Of a DNA stretch of 64,000 nt, positions 27,379 through 39,236 are shown piece after piece. How positions within the stretch are numbered: the stretch's first letter is position 1; each line of letters opens with the position of its first letter. This DNA is from Hypanus sabinus (Eukaryota), in NCBI RefSeq assembly GCF_030144855.1, contig NC_082709.1, positions 45,880,001 to 45,944,000 on the forward strand. The letters are read 5' to 3'. The notes beneath the pieces were generated by a model that had not been told where the DNA came from, made no database searches, and saw nothing but the letters and a program-made list of their open reading frames with translations. Made by a program: the position numbers and the translations under genes.

Positions 27379-27927
27379 AACCATATAACAATTGCAGCAA
27401 AGAAACAGGTCATCTTGGCCCTTCTAGTCCATGCTGAACGCTTACTCTCACCTAGTCCCACCGACCTGCACTCAGCCCATAACCCTCCATTCCTTTCCTG
27501 TACATATATCTACCCAACTTTTTTTTTAGATGACAAAATCAAACCTGCCTCTACCACTTCTACTGGAAGCTTGTTCCACACAGCTACCACTCTCTGAGTA
27601 AAGAAATTCCCCCTCGTGTTACCCTTAAACTTTTGCCCCTTAACTCTCAACTCGTGTCTTCTTGTTTGAATCTCCCCTACTCTCAATGGAAAAAGCCTAT
27701 CCACATCAACTCTATCTATCCCCCTCATAATTTTAAATACCTCTATCAAGTCCCCCCTCAACCTTCTATGCTCTGAAGAATAAAGACCTAACTTGTTCAA
27801 CCTTTCTCTGTAAATTATGTGCTAAAACCTAGGTAACATTCTAGTAAATCTCCTCTGTACTCCCTCTATTTTGTTGACATCTTTCCTATAATTCGGTGAC
27901 CAGAACCATACACAATACTCCAAATTT
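27379..27927 (-). mobile_element. CR1 3' fragment, same subfamily as 42703-43234
   Basis: ORF 27510-27800 LNKLGLYS..RRLRGDLIEVFKI; aaccatataac tail. Confidence 0.92.
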
Positions 27928-29699
27928 AACCAGTGTGGATAACTTCACTCAGCTCAACACTGAGCTGGTACCACAACCTGTGGACATGCTTTCAGGTACT
28001 CTACAACTTGTGTTCTCAGTACTAGTTATTTATTTATTATTTGTATTTACACAATCTGTATTCTCTGCACAGTCTTTGTCGCGTGCAGTTTTTCATCGAT
28101 TTTACTGTGGTTCTTTGTTCTACTGCAAATGCCTGCAAGAAAATAAATCTCAGAGTAGTATATGAATACTTTGATGATCAACTTACTTTGAACAACAGGA
28201 TTTTGGACGCTGGGTGACCTGCTAATGTCCTTTGAGTGTGGTTCAGTGACACTTGAAATTGATGTAAAGCAGGCAATGCTGGGTTCTGTTCCTACCACTT
28301 AATATTTTCTGCATGTTTTTGGAAGTATAAATTCTGTGTAAATTGGTTTATTGGGAATTTTTAGAGAGAGGACCTACTGTATCACCATGATGTTAAATTA
28401 CAAATTATTCAGTACAGAAAAGGAATTACTGAGACATTTTGTACCTGAGCAATTTTACACCAACTGGCTTGTCAGGTGCCTCAAAGAGTTGCTTATTTAG
28501 TGCAGCTGAATCCGTCTTTCATTAGTTTTGCTTCTTAAACAAGTGAACAAGTGGTCATTCCAGTTGCTTGATTAGATGCTGTAGAAACATGCTGGCACTA
28601 CAACACTGTGTCCTCAGTTGACCTGGCTCAGGATTACATTCCTTGGCATCTTCTTCCACATTTTTCTTCACCTTCCATGTCTTCTGGCTCAAATTATGGT
28701 TTCCTGAAACAAACTTTTCACAATCCTTACTATCTGGCTGCATCTTGTGCCAAGTTCACTTAATCTTCCCTTGAATGTACAAATTACTTGCATTTTTTAA
28801 AAAATAATTTTACTTATAATTCCAGTGAAGGAAAGTATTACATGCTTTAATAGAGAAGTCTTATGAGAACGCCGATTGGATAAATTCAGCTCTGATTTTC
28901 CTGTCTGCTGAAGATCATCATAACGCATTGCATTCTTCCTTCTTTTTGTTCTTTTATATGGGCAGTATGTTCTTGAAAGCCATGATAGTTTTTGAAAGAT
29001 CCTGTACTTCTAGGAAATGCAGAGGTTTAAATCATACTTAGCAACAGGATCACACAGACACTTTGTTTCTACAATCAATGAAATGTGCTTCAGCATTTAA
29101 CTCTCCGGAAGGCCAATAAGCCAGCATGAATTTCCAAGGAAATGCTTTCCAGTGCATCTGGTTATTTAAACTACTACTGTCTGGCTAGAGTCTAGTAGCA
29201 TCCACAAAGTCAAGAACAACTACAGTATTGTGGCAACTAGTTGAATATGAGTTTGATCCAAATGATTTTCACTGCATGACAGCTTTCTGGGTTTTCCACC
29301 AACTTTGATATAATTTTCTCTAGCTAAACCTTCAGTGTGCCAGGCTCATTTAGATATGTCCACTCTCTCAAGACAGGGCACATAGATTGTATACTGTATC
29401 TAGAGATTGGATATAACTGAACATATGGTGTTTTATTGGTCCTTACTATCTTCTGCTGGAATTTCTCATTACTCCAAATCATATTTTGAACTATTAAAAT
29501 GTCAGTTTCTTTTTGCTGCAAACCTTCTGCACTCTGCTTTCCCTTTCTCTGTCCTGAATCCTTTTGTTACCTCTTTCCAGTAACTGAGCCCCTCTCTCTT
29601 TAATTTCTGCCCCCTGCCATTCTCTTCTTTGAACCCAAAGTTCAAAATAACCTCTGTGCCCAGAGCACATTCTCACAACACTGCTGATTGTTCAGCCTC

Positions 29700-30285
29700 C
29701 CTGCCGGGCCTTTCTGTGAGAGGCTGCCCTTGCAAACAGAGTACAGGTGATCCTCAAAACTCTCACCTACTCTCTACTTGTTTTTACCAATGTAAAGGGG
29801 ACTACATCGTGGGTACCAAATGCAATACATTGTCTGCAACAGCCATTTTGTGCTTCCAGCTGAGTCTCATTTTAACTTTTCCTCCCACTCCATCTCAGCC
29901 TACCTGCCCTCAACCTTGTCCACAGCTAAGGAAATGGAAGAACAACATCTCATATTCTGCCTGGGTAGCTTAAAACCTAATAGTATGAACACCGATGTTT
30001 CCAGTTTAGAGTAACCTACAATCTTAGTGTTCTCCTCCCACCCACACTCACCTGTCCACTTCTCCCTTTGTTCACCTCTACCACGCCTCTCCCTCTGCCT
30101 GATTTATCTCCTCAAAACCCCACTGGTTCCACCCATCACCTCCAAGCCTCTATTCCACCCTCCCCTCCCCTTCTATGCCATCCATTGGCAATTTTTCCTC
30201 TTCCTGCTCAGTTCTGACACACAGCCTCAACCCAAAATGTTGAAGTATATCTTCTGCTTCCACAGAACCTGTTCCTCCAGCTTTC
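29700..30285 (+). mobile_element. Degenerate Penelope-like element (GIY-YIG remnant, pyrimidine-rich UTR, decayed hammerhead)
   Basis: EEQHLIFCLGSLKPNSMNTDVSS in ORF 29820. Confidence 0.7.
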
Positions 30286-30641
30286 TATTATATGATTTTA
30301 GAGGAATAAATGAGCTGACAGGGTGTACAGTTCTGAAGCTTGTCTGCTCCTTCCTTCAATTACATTGGGTTTCTGTTTGTTTCCAACATGTGCATTTAAG
30401 GTTCACAGTGTCCTTGAACATAGAACAATAGAGAACAGGAACAGGCCCTTTGGTCCACAATGTTCTGCTGAACTAAGCATGCAAAGCCAAATCAAACTAG
30501 TCTTTTTTATGAGAGTGTCTTGGATGAAGAGATACGGTCACATTATAATGGATCTTGGAATCTCTTCACAGAAGATGGGCAACCTCTGGAAATCACTACA
30601 TCAGAGAGTTATGGAGGCTAAAACAAAGGGGGTATTTAAAG

Positions 30642-30808
30642 AGCAAACACAAGGAAATCTGCAGATGCTGGAAATTCAAACAACAACACACACAAAATGC
30701 TGGCAGAACACACGATCTGTCCTGACGAAGGGTCTCGGCCCGAAACGTCGACGGCGCTTCTCCCTATAGATGCTGCCTAGCCAGCTGTGTTCTACCAGCA
30801 TTTTGTGT
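30642..30808 (+). mobile_element. 167-bp Penelope-derived insertion with inverted head and 14-bp TSD
   Basis: TSD gggggtatttaaag at 30628-30641 and 30809-30822; internal inverted repeat acacaaaatgctggcagaacaca / tgtgttctaccagcattttgtgt (22 of 23 bases match). Confidence 0.9.
30717..30754 (+). ncRNA. Minimal type I hammerhead ribozyme motif
   Basis: Stem I ctgtc/gacgg; core CTGACGA 30722-30728; extra A; stem II GGGT-ctcg-GCCC; GAAA 30742-30745; palindromic ACGT stem III; GTC triplet with predicted cleavage after C30749. Activity untested. Confidence 0.75.
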
Positions 30809-31693
30809 GGGGGTATTTAAAGGTCATTTTATTTTAAAGATCAGAGAAATGAAGGCCATGGGGAACTGTTATAGAAGAGAAATCAAGACCTTGGGGCAGT
30901 TTTGCCATGATTATAAGGAATGATGAGGTAGACTTCAGGGAGCAGATAGCCAACTACTGCTTTCTCTTGTGTTCTTGTGAAAATGAAATATTGAAAGATT
31001 GGACTAAAAGAAAATAAACAAAGCACTATGATGGGCAGTAAATTCTCCCTAAAATTAAAAGGTAAGGAATTTTATAATTCCACAAAACACAGTCAGAAAG
31101 CAAAGAGGGAGAGAAATCACATTAATTTAAAATTTGACAGCCTTTCAATCTCTCAAAAAGATCAACAAGCTGAAGAATGCCAGAGATGTTAGCTGACAGT
31201 CACGATCACATTGATTTAAGAGTGCATGTATCATTCGATTATCCCTGCATAACTGCAGTTTAAGCCTAATCTGCCATGCAAATACTTTGTGACATTCAGT
31301 ACACTTCAGTGCTGAAATAAACAGTGAAGGGCCAATTTCATAAATCTGAAGCACAACTTATCGGCTTGTGTAATTTAACTGCAGACAGTATCTGTCCCCC
31401 ATACTTTAGAGCTTTCAGTACTATTGAGGGCCATCACCATTCATTTGGCAACAAATACTGCTTCATTTATTTCACAATGGCTCAGTGAAACAATTGCAGG
31501 GATGAAGGCTATCTGAAAAAGGCTTTGGTTATATGCTGTATTTGAATTCTTCCTAAATCATTTGCTGTTGAAAAATATGGAAGATAGAACAAATTTATGA
31601 ATTTTCTAGAAAGTTTGTTCCACAGGCAGAAAGCCATTCAAAATCCAAAGAGTTTGGCTAAATCATACTATTTTTAATCTTTTTATTTTTCAG

Positions 31694-31803
31694 TGGAGAT
31701 TCTAGAAGGAAGACAGAGGAGGGCTGAGGAACTAAAGAGATTGACCGATATGGCCATCCAGATGTCAGAATCCCAGCTTGCTGAGCTCAGAGCTGAGATT
31801 AAG
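31694..31803 (+). CDS. SPATS2L: SPATS2L internal coding exon (110 bp)
   Basis: tttttcag|TG...AAG|gtcagt; (M)EILEGRQRRAEELKRLTDMAIQMSESQLAELRAEIK, the conserved coiled-coil region of the SPATS2/SPATS2L family. Confidence 0.96.
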
Positions 31804-32289
31804 GTCAGTGGTTAAAAGAAATCATGTCCTGTCCTGTAGAGATGGGTTGCTGAGCTCAAACTGAGTGCATAGTTCTGAGGGGGTTTTTATTCTGCTCAAC
31901 AGATATATCCTGCTTCACCAATTCCTTGCCCTACATGTGGGGGAGTGGGATTCATGGGATTACTCTGTGAACTCTGTAATGTATAGACCTTCATACTTTA
32001 ATTCTTGCCAAGAAGACGTTGCAGACAAGACCCAATGTTAGTTGCCATTACAAGTTGCTCTGGCTTTAATACAACTGAGAAGCTTGTGAGGCTGTTTCTA
32101 AATACCACTAGGAATTAAGAAGTTTAGTATGAAAATAATACAAGAATACAAGAAGAAATCTTTGGTCAAAATGGTGCCAGCATACAATGCTCCCTCAGTC
32201 GACAACTTCCAGATAGCACGCAGATATTACTTTTTTCCTTTTTTTACATCTGCTTTTCGCTTCAAATATGTTTCTGGGACTGTTAGAGC

Positions 32290-33035
32290 CAGCATTTTAC
32301 AGCTTGGACATCGTTTGAGTGACCCAGCAATCTGCTGGCTCAGAGAAGATTCCGGGAAGCGAGCATGTACTTGGACGGTCTCAATCCGGAAAAACTTCGA
32401 GATGGTGCACAAACCAATGTTCGACTCCATTTCACTGTTTAAAGCATCCATGAATCATCAATTAAAGCATCAATGCAGACTGAGTTATCAAGGCGAGTGA
32501 GTGTTCAGCACAGACTGCCTGCCTTTTGATTGCTGCCAGAAGAGAAACAGCCTATCAGTGTGTGGCTCATTGTAATGGGCGGGTAGGCCTCTCTGCCTCA
32601 CGTGGTGTCCCTCTCTTTCGATGAATCTCGATACCACGGGATGGTATCTACATTTATGGATTAGACTATTGTGTTTATGAACTGTGGACTTTTCAGACTT
32701 ATGGTTTTTATATTCTGTTTTTTTAATTGCCCCTTCCTTTTCCATTTTGTTGTGTGAGGGGAGGATGTTTGGGGGTTGATGTCCTGTTAGTTTTTTGTGC
32801 AGGGGAGGGTTACTCTTGGGGGCTCGATGTTCCTGTTCCGTTTTGTGTGGGGGGAGGGGGTTTTTAGGCATGGTTGATGAATCAGGATGCCATTATTTTT
32901 TGTAGAGAGGGGTGGGCTAGATGTTGCTCTTTGAATGACTTTTGTGTTTGTTCTTTGTTTCATGGCTATCTGTAGAAGACAAGTTTCAGAGTTATATATG
33001 GATACGTGCTTTGATAATAAATGAACCTTTGAACC
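32290..33035 (+). mobile_element. Non-coding interspersed repeat with a Rex1-like 3' tail
   Basis: Ends in ctttgataataaatgaacctttgaacc; GT-rich body; 5' boundary uncertain. Confidence 0.5.
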
Positions 33036-33129
33036 AAAGTAGACTAAAATGACATTGCATTGCAGGGAGTAACGCCGTGCTATGGAGCAGCAACAAATAT
33101 TGCAAGGAAGGGAGTGATAAAGATAAAGA

Positions 33130-33455
33130 TGAGCTTTATTTGTGGTTATCCAAGTTTGAAAGTACAGTGCATATACATTAAAACTTTGAAACATGCAGTG
33201 AAAAGCATTATTTGCATCAAATAAAATTAGCTAGGATTGTGCTGGGGGCAGCCCGCGAGGTTTGCCACATTTCAGGTGCAAATATAGCAGCCTACAACTC
33301 ACTAACCCTAAGCCTAACCTTATGTCTTTGGATCATGGGAGGAAACCAGAGCACCAGGAGGAAACTCCCTTCTGACAACAGTGGGAATCAACCCTGATCG
33401 GTGATTACTAGGGCTGTAAACCGGTGCACCAACTGCTATGCTATTGTGACACCCA
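33130..33455 (-). mobile_element. tRNA-derived SINE (HE1/V-SINE-like), degenerate
   Basis: gtctttggatcatgggaggaaaccagagcacc core, similar to 19905-20165 and 55845-56055. Confidence 0.65.
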
Positions 33456-33577
33456 CAGTATAAGCAATAGGATACTGTAACACTGGTTTAATTAACAGAT
33501 CTTAGATATTTAATTAGTGATGCTATCCACTGTCAATTCTTTGAGTATAATTCTAGTTTTTACCTCTTCACTAATAG

Positions 33578-33680
33578 CAATTTGTAAGTGAACGTAAATA
33601 TGATGAGGATCTGGGCAAGTCAGCACGATTCACTGGTAATGTCAGTAGCCTGCAGACCCAAATCCAGCTGTTTGGAGAAG
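33578..33680 (+). CDS. SPATS2L: SPATS2L internal coding exon (103 bp)
   Basis: taatag|CAA...GAAG|gtgagt; QFVSERKYDEDLGKSARFTGNVSSLQTQIQLFGE contains the family signature FVSERKYDE(D/E)LG. Confidence 0.96.
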
Positions 33681-34637
33681 GTGAGTTTTACCAGAGCTTA
33701 AAAATGAGAGATCAATGATGATTAAGAATGTGACATAAAATTAGATTCCTGGTAAATAGAAGATATTTCTGTGAAGAAGTCAATCCAGGAACATCAAATG
33801 CACAGTTGCAAAATTAATAGAGGGATTTGATGGACAAGTTCACAAAAAACTAGTGCTGGTTAGACTCCAAAAAAGAAAACCCTAAAGGAAATTTAGATTT
33901 TATCCCAGGAATCAGAATACAAAAAGTGAGATGACAAATCTGCAGTAAAATAAGAGCTCAGTGGAATACTCTGTCCAGATTGTGTCTGCACCATTTAGGT
34001 CAGGACTGGGCAGAGGAAAGTATAGAGCAGGGGACTGGAATTGACTAGATTGCTTTATGGAGGACTAACATGTCTCAAGTGGGTCTTTCTGTGCCATAAT
34101 GTCTCCATGCTTCTGTCGCTGCTGGGAAGGGTGAGAGTCATCCTTGCAATCAGGTTGAATGTGTAGGGAAGGGTGCTGGTGGTCCAGGGAATAGACAAGG
34201 AGGGGATAAATGGGATCATTGGGATTGCTCCAAGATCCAACATAAATAGTGCAAGTGAGGAATAGTGAAGTTGTGTTCAAGGCTTCATCGACCATTCAGA
34301 AATCTGATGCCAGTGGGAAAGAAGCTGAGTTAGATTAAGTAGAAGAATAAAGGAAATGACAAAAGTATGCTAAATAAAAACCTAATAAATGAGCTGATTG
34401 TTATTTGTATGAAATTCTTTATTGACTTATCTATGTTTGTCTGTGGTACATAATTAAACTGTAAAAATGGATTAGAACAAATTTGTATTATTTCAGATCT
34501 CCTGCAACAGTGATAATATCACTGTGAATGGAAGTAAAGCAGGTGAATATTCTCAGAATGGTTTCTGAGATTTCAGCTGCAGCCTGTAGACTGAAGCTTC
34601 ATGGGATATTGTCAGTAAAGTGTATTTTTCTATGCAG

Positions 34638-34834
34638 TTTCACATCCAAAGAACAACTACTCCACAAGATCACAGTGCAGCTCCTTCTTGGTTCCACGAC
34701 ATCAAAATCCTCGAGGTGATTCCAGTAATGTCCATTCACCATCCAGCTCACTGAGTGCAACAGCATCCACTGGTCATAAAGTAACAAACTCCAAGGACAG
34801 TTCAAACGTACAGAAAGTGCCTACAGACAGACAG
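34638..34834 (+). CDS. SPATS2L: SPATS2L internal coding exon (197 bp)
   Basis: tatgcag|TT...CAG|gtaagg; (V)SHPKNNYSTRSQCSSFLVPRHQ...VPTDRQ, with the HPKNNYS motif then a Ser-rich stretch; phase agrees with both neighbouring exons. Confidence 0.94.
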
Positions 34835-36594
34835 GTAAGGAGAGCACATTGACGTTACTGCTTCTTATCAATGCTAGACTGTCAGTAACAATGCCTATAA
34901 AGAACCACTCATGAGTCTAGGAAATCTTCTTTGAGAGCTTACAATGCACTTATATTCTTCCTTAAATAAGGAAATAAATACTGCATCTAGTACACTGGTT
35001 TTTCATTTTTTTTCCGTCAAAATGGACGAATTCACATGATTCCACATTTTATTTCACTTTGCTCACTCTGCTGACCTGTTTGTATCCTGTTGCAGCCTCC
35101 TTATAACCTCTGTAAGGAATAGTGCAAGACATAAAAAATGACGATAAGCTGCAATAATTAATAAATAACTAGTGCAAGAGAGGAATAGGGAGGTAGTGTT
35201 TGTGTCTTCATGGTCAATTCAGAAGTCTGATGGCAGAGGGGAAAAACTGTCCTTGAAACTGTTCGAACAGGTAGAAAAATTAAAAAATGACAAGTATGCA
35301 AAATAAAAACTTTCTGAATGAGATGATTTATATGATTCAGGAAACCTGCTTTCTTACTGTTTTCATGTAGCTTCTGGACATTCAGCGCTTTCCAGGTCTT
35401 TAATATAAATTTTAAAATGTCATTGCCCCAGCATTAATCAATGTGGCAGCTTTTCCTTATATGTTGCCAAGGAGATGCTGACCCACTTATGACTATTCTT
35501 TGTTTTTCTGTTAGCCAGGCAATTTTCTATCCAGTCACTTCCTGTACCATGGGTTCTTATTTTCCATAATAGACTGTATATGTCCTTTTGTAAGTCTAAC
35601 TACAGTACATCCACCAGTTCCCTTTCATCCATAGTACATTTTACTTCCTCCAAGAGCTCCAATAATTTGGTCAAATCGTATTTCCCTTTCAGAAAACCAT
35701 GTTTGCCTGAGTACCTCAAACATTTCTGTGTGTCCTGTTGTAGCATCCTTCAAGAATCTTGAAGCATTTTCCTAATGCAGCTTTGCAAAGTAATTTCTAG
35801 GTGATTTACTCTGGATACATTTGACGTCATCCAAACCACAGGCTAAATTTAAATGAAGCGAGCCTTTTCACCCATTTCGTCTCATCCTTACAGAACATCA
35901 TCTTCCCAACTTTTTAAATTAGTTGAATTTAAAATATAGCAAATAAAAATATAATCATACATCACAAGATTAAGATTCATTACAACAATTACAGATACTG
36001 CTGCATTAATTCTTACCACTACATTCAATAGAAAAGATCAACAAAAGGTGATAGTGATTCTGATCTTGCTTAACCTCTACAAGGACTATATCAAATCCAC
36101 GTTCCCTATTCACGAATGTTACAACCATGTATTTCATAGCAGAGGAAGAAATGGAAGGTGAGGCAGTCATTGGACAATCAAGTCATGCAGCAGCGAAACA
36201 GGTGCCCAACCCCAGCACATGTTACTACCAACTATCTATTGATGCTAATCCCATTTACCAGCTCTTAGTCCATAGCTTCTATACAACTCAGGTATTTGGG
36301 TAGATATTTTTTAAAAATATTGTGAGTGTACCTGATTCCTCCCACCATGTAGGCAGCGTCTCTGTATCTTAACCGCATACTCACTTTCTTTCTAAATCTC
36401 TTACCCTAAACCCATTCCCTCTTTTGGATACCATTGCTATGGGGGATTTTCCTCCCTTATATTTGTCCCTCAGAATGTTGCATACCTCTGTCAAGTTATC
36501 CCTCAACCTGCTCTACCCCAAGGGAAACAAGCCTAGCCTAGTCAGTCTCTCCTTAGAACCCAAACATTCCATCCCAGGCAACATCCTCATGATA

Positions 36595-37690
36595 ATCAAG
36601 AGAGGATCTGCAGTTGCTGGAAATCCAAGTAACACCCACAAAATGCTGGAGGAACTCAGCAGGCCAGGCAGTATCTATGGAAATAATTAAACAGCTGAAG
36701 TTTCATGCCAAGACCCTTCATTAGGCTTTGAATGAAAAGCTTAAGCCAGAAACTTGTGTCTAACTGAAATAAAGGCAATTGCAGAAGTTTGAAGCACAGC
36801 GGAGTAGAGTGGAGCTTGAAATCAGAAATAAGAGCTCAGATAGTGGCCAAAATTTATGTAATTTATGGCCTTTTTCATAATTCTCAATAAATGCATATTT
36901 CATTCCATGACTCAACAGGCCAGGCAGCATCTACGGAAAAGAGTAAACAGATGATGTTTCGGGCCAAGATCCTTCTTCCGGACAGGAGAAAAAAGATTAG
37001 AAGTCAGAGTAAAAAGGTGTGGGGAGAGGAGGAAGAAATACAAGGTTGTAGGTGATAAGTGAAACCAGGAGGGGGAGGGGTGAAGTAAAGAGCTGGGAAG
37101 TTGATTGGTGAAAGAGATAAAGGGCTGGAGGAAGGGAAATCTGATAGGAGAGAACAGAAAGGGAATGAGCACCAGAGGGAGTTGAAAGGGAAGAGAGAAG
37201 AGCACCAGAGGGAGGCGAGGAGATAAGGTGATGCACCATCAATAACTCACTCTGAGACGTAAGGCGAGATATCGGCTTTTATTGACTGAAGAAGGAACCA
37301 GCAGTGAGTGACCATCATATTACATCCTGGAGAATGAGGCAGAGGATCAGACCTCGATCGCCTTTATACAGGGGCCTGTGGGAGGAGCCACAGGAGCAGT
37401 CAGAAGGGGGCGTGTCCAGACAGGCACATAGTTCACCACATAAGGTGAGAGAGGAAAATGGGAATGGAAATGGTGAAGGGATATACCATTACCGGAAGTT
37501 CAAGAAATTAATGTTCGTGCCATCAGGTTGGAGGTTACTCAGACGGAGTATAAGGCGTTTCTCCTCCAACCTGCATTCAGTCTCACCGACACAGAAGACG
37601 GTGCCATGGACTGACATATCAGAATGGAAATGGGAAAGTGGAATCAAAATGGTTAGCCACTGGGAGATCCCACCTTTTTGCTTGGTGAAG
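36595..37690 (-). mobile_element. Penelope-like fragments (36595-36727 and 36915-37690) with decayed hammerhead motifs
   Basis: Reverse-complement homology to 38555-39125; decayed cores cctaatgaagggtcttggcatgaaac and ccggaagaaggatcttggcccgaaac. Confidence 0.8.
37229..37440 (-). mobile_element. Solo LTR (212 bp) inserted into a Penelope remnant
   Basis: TG...CA termini; 5-bp TSD taagg at 37224-37228 and 37441-37445; minus-strand TATAAA (37363-37368) upstream of AATAAA (37278-37283). Confidence 0.88.
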
Positions 37691-37744
37691 CAACCTCCCA
37701 GTCACGGGTGAATCTTCTCAGGATCGCTCCAGAATATTGAGGCG

Positions 37745-38035
37745 CCAACGGAGGCAAAGCAACTAGCACACCACTATCACAGCTCAGGGCATCAGATTTC
37801 AGAGTTCAGTCCCAACACCACCTGCGAGAAGTTTGCACGTCCTTCCTGTGAGCACGTGGGATTGCTCTGGATGCTCCAGTTTCTTCCCACATTCCAAAGA
37901 CATCTGGTTTAATAGGTTAATTAGTCATTATGAATTGTCATGTGATTAGGCTAGGGTTAAATAGGTGGCTCACTGAGCAATGCGGCTTGTTGAGCTGGGA
38001 GAGTCTATTCCATGCCGTATCTCTAAATAAATAAA
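37745..38035 (+). mobile_element. tRNA-derived SINE (HE1/V-SINE-like)
   Basis: tRNA-like head, core gtttgcacgtccttcc...gctccagtttcttcccacattccaaagac, (taaa)n tail. Confidence 0.8.
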
Positions 38036-38179
38036 TCTCCTCAGCACCTCTCCTATGCAATCACATCCTTCCTGTAGTGTGGTAACCAGACTGTAGATAA
38101 TAGTCTGACTATTGTTTCACATTGTACCACAACCTCCCTGCTCTTTTCTTCTCTATCCTAGTTTATGAAGTTTCTCATG

Positions 38180-38520
38180 CAGTCTCCAATGCCCAGGAGC
38201 ACAAGAGGCTACAGAGGGTTGTAGACTCAGCGGGTTCCATCACAGGCTCAACCCTCCCCACCACCAAGGACATCTTCAAAAGACAATGGCTCAGGAAGGT
38301 GCCATCCATTATTAAACACCCTCATGTCCCGGACACTACCAATGGGAAGGTGGTACAGGAGTCTGAAGGTTCACAGTCAATGTTTTAGGAACAGTTCCTT
38401 CCCCTGCGCGATCATATTTTTAAATGGTCCACGAACCCATGAGCATTACATTGTTATTCATCTTCTGTATTATTTTGTAAAGACTTGCATTGTACTGCTG
38501 CCATGCAACAAGTTTCATGA
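38180..38520 (+). mobile_element. Rex1/Babar LINE 3' fragment
   Basis: SNAQEHKRLQRVVDSAGSITGSTLPT...; RWYRSLKVHSQCFRNSSFP. Confidence 0.8.
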
Positions 38521-38554
38521 CAGTTTTGTGTTTTACGCATCATGATAAACTGCA

Positions 38555-39125
38555 TCCAGTGCTCCCGGTGTGGCCTCCTCTACATCGGCGAGACCCGACG
38601 CAGATTGGGGGACCGCTTCGTCGAGCACCTCCACTCCATCTGCCACAATAGACAGGGTCTCCCGGTTGCCACCCACTTCAACTCTGCCTCTCATTCCCAT
38701 CTGGATATGTCCATACATGGCCTCCTCTACTGCCATGATGAGGCCAAACTCAGGTTGGAGGAGCAACACCTCATATACCGTCTGGGTAGCCTCCAGCCTG
38801 GTGGTATGAACATAGAATTCTCCAATTTCCAGTAATTCCCTCCCCTCCCCTCATCCTAGGTCCCTCTCTGCCCCTCTCCCCTTTAAACTTTCTGCTCCTT
38901 TATCTCTACAGTTCTTTCATGCTTATCCCCTCCCCCCTTTATCCTTCCTCTGATTGGTTCTCCACCTGGCGCCTCTAGCCCTTCCCCCTCCCCTATCTCT
39001 ATTACTGGGCTTCTGCCCTCTCTTCCCCACCCCATTCCTGATGAAGGGTCTCGGCCCGAAATGTTGGCTACTCTTTTCTCACGGATGTTGCCTGACCTGC
39101 CGAGTTCTTCCAGCGTCGTGTACGT
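38555..39125 (+). mobile_element. 5'-truncated Penelope-like element with an uninterrupted GIY-YIG segment and 13-bp TSD
   Basis: TSD atgataaactgca at 38542-38554 and 39126-39138; ORF CIQCSRCGLLYIGETRRRLGDRFVEH...LEEQHLIYRLGSLQPGGMNIEF; hammerhead motif in the 3' part. Confidence 0.93.
39035..39068 (+). ncRNA. Hammerhead ribozyme motif, partly decayed
   Basis: CTGATGA 39038-39044, A-GGGT-ctcg-GCCC, GAAA 39058-39061; stem III mutated ACGT to ATGT and stem I weak. Confidence 0.55.
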
Positions 39126-39236
39126 ATGATAAACTGCAAATGCCTCACTTGTTCCAATTTCACCAACCGAATTAGAGGACTGTTTCTATTTTGTGTTGAA
39201 ATAATTTCTGAGCCTACTGCTTATTCTTTCTCATAG

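Noticed and set aside
37745-37830. tRNA gene
   Set aside because: Decayed tRNA-like head of a SINE with no complete cloverleaf; the same holds at ~61200.
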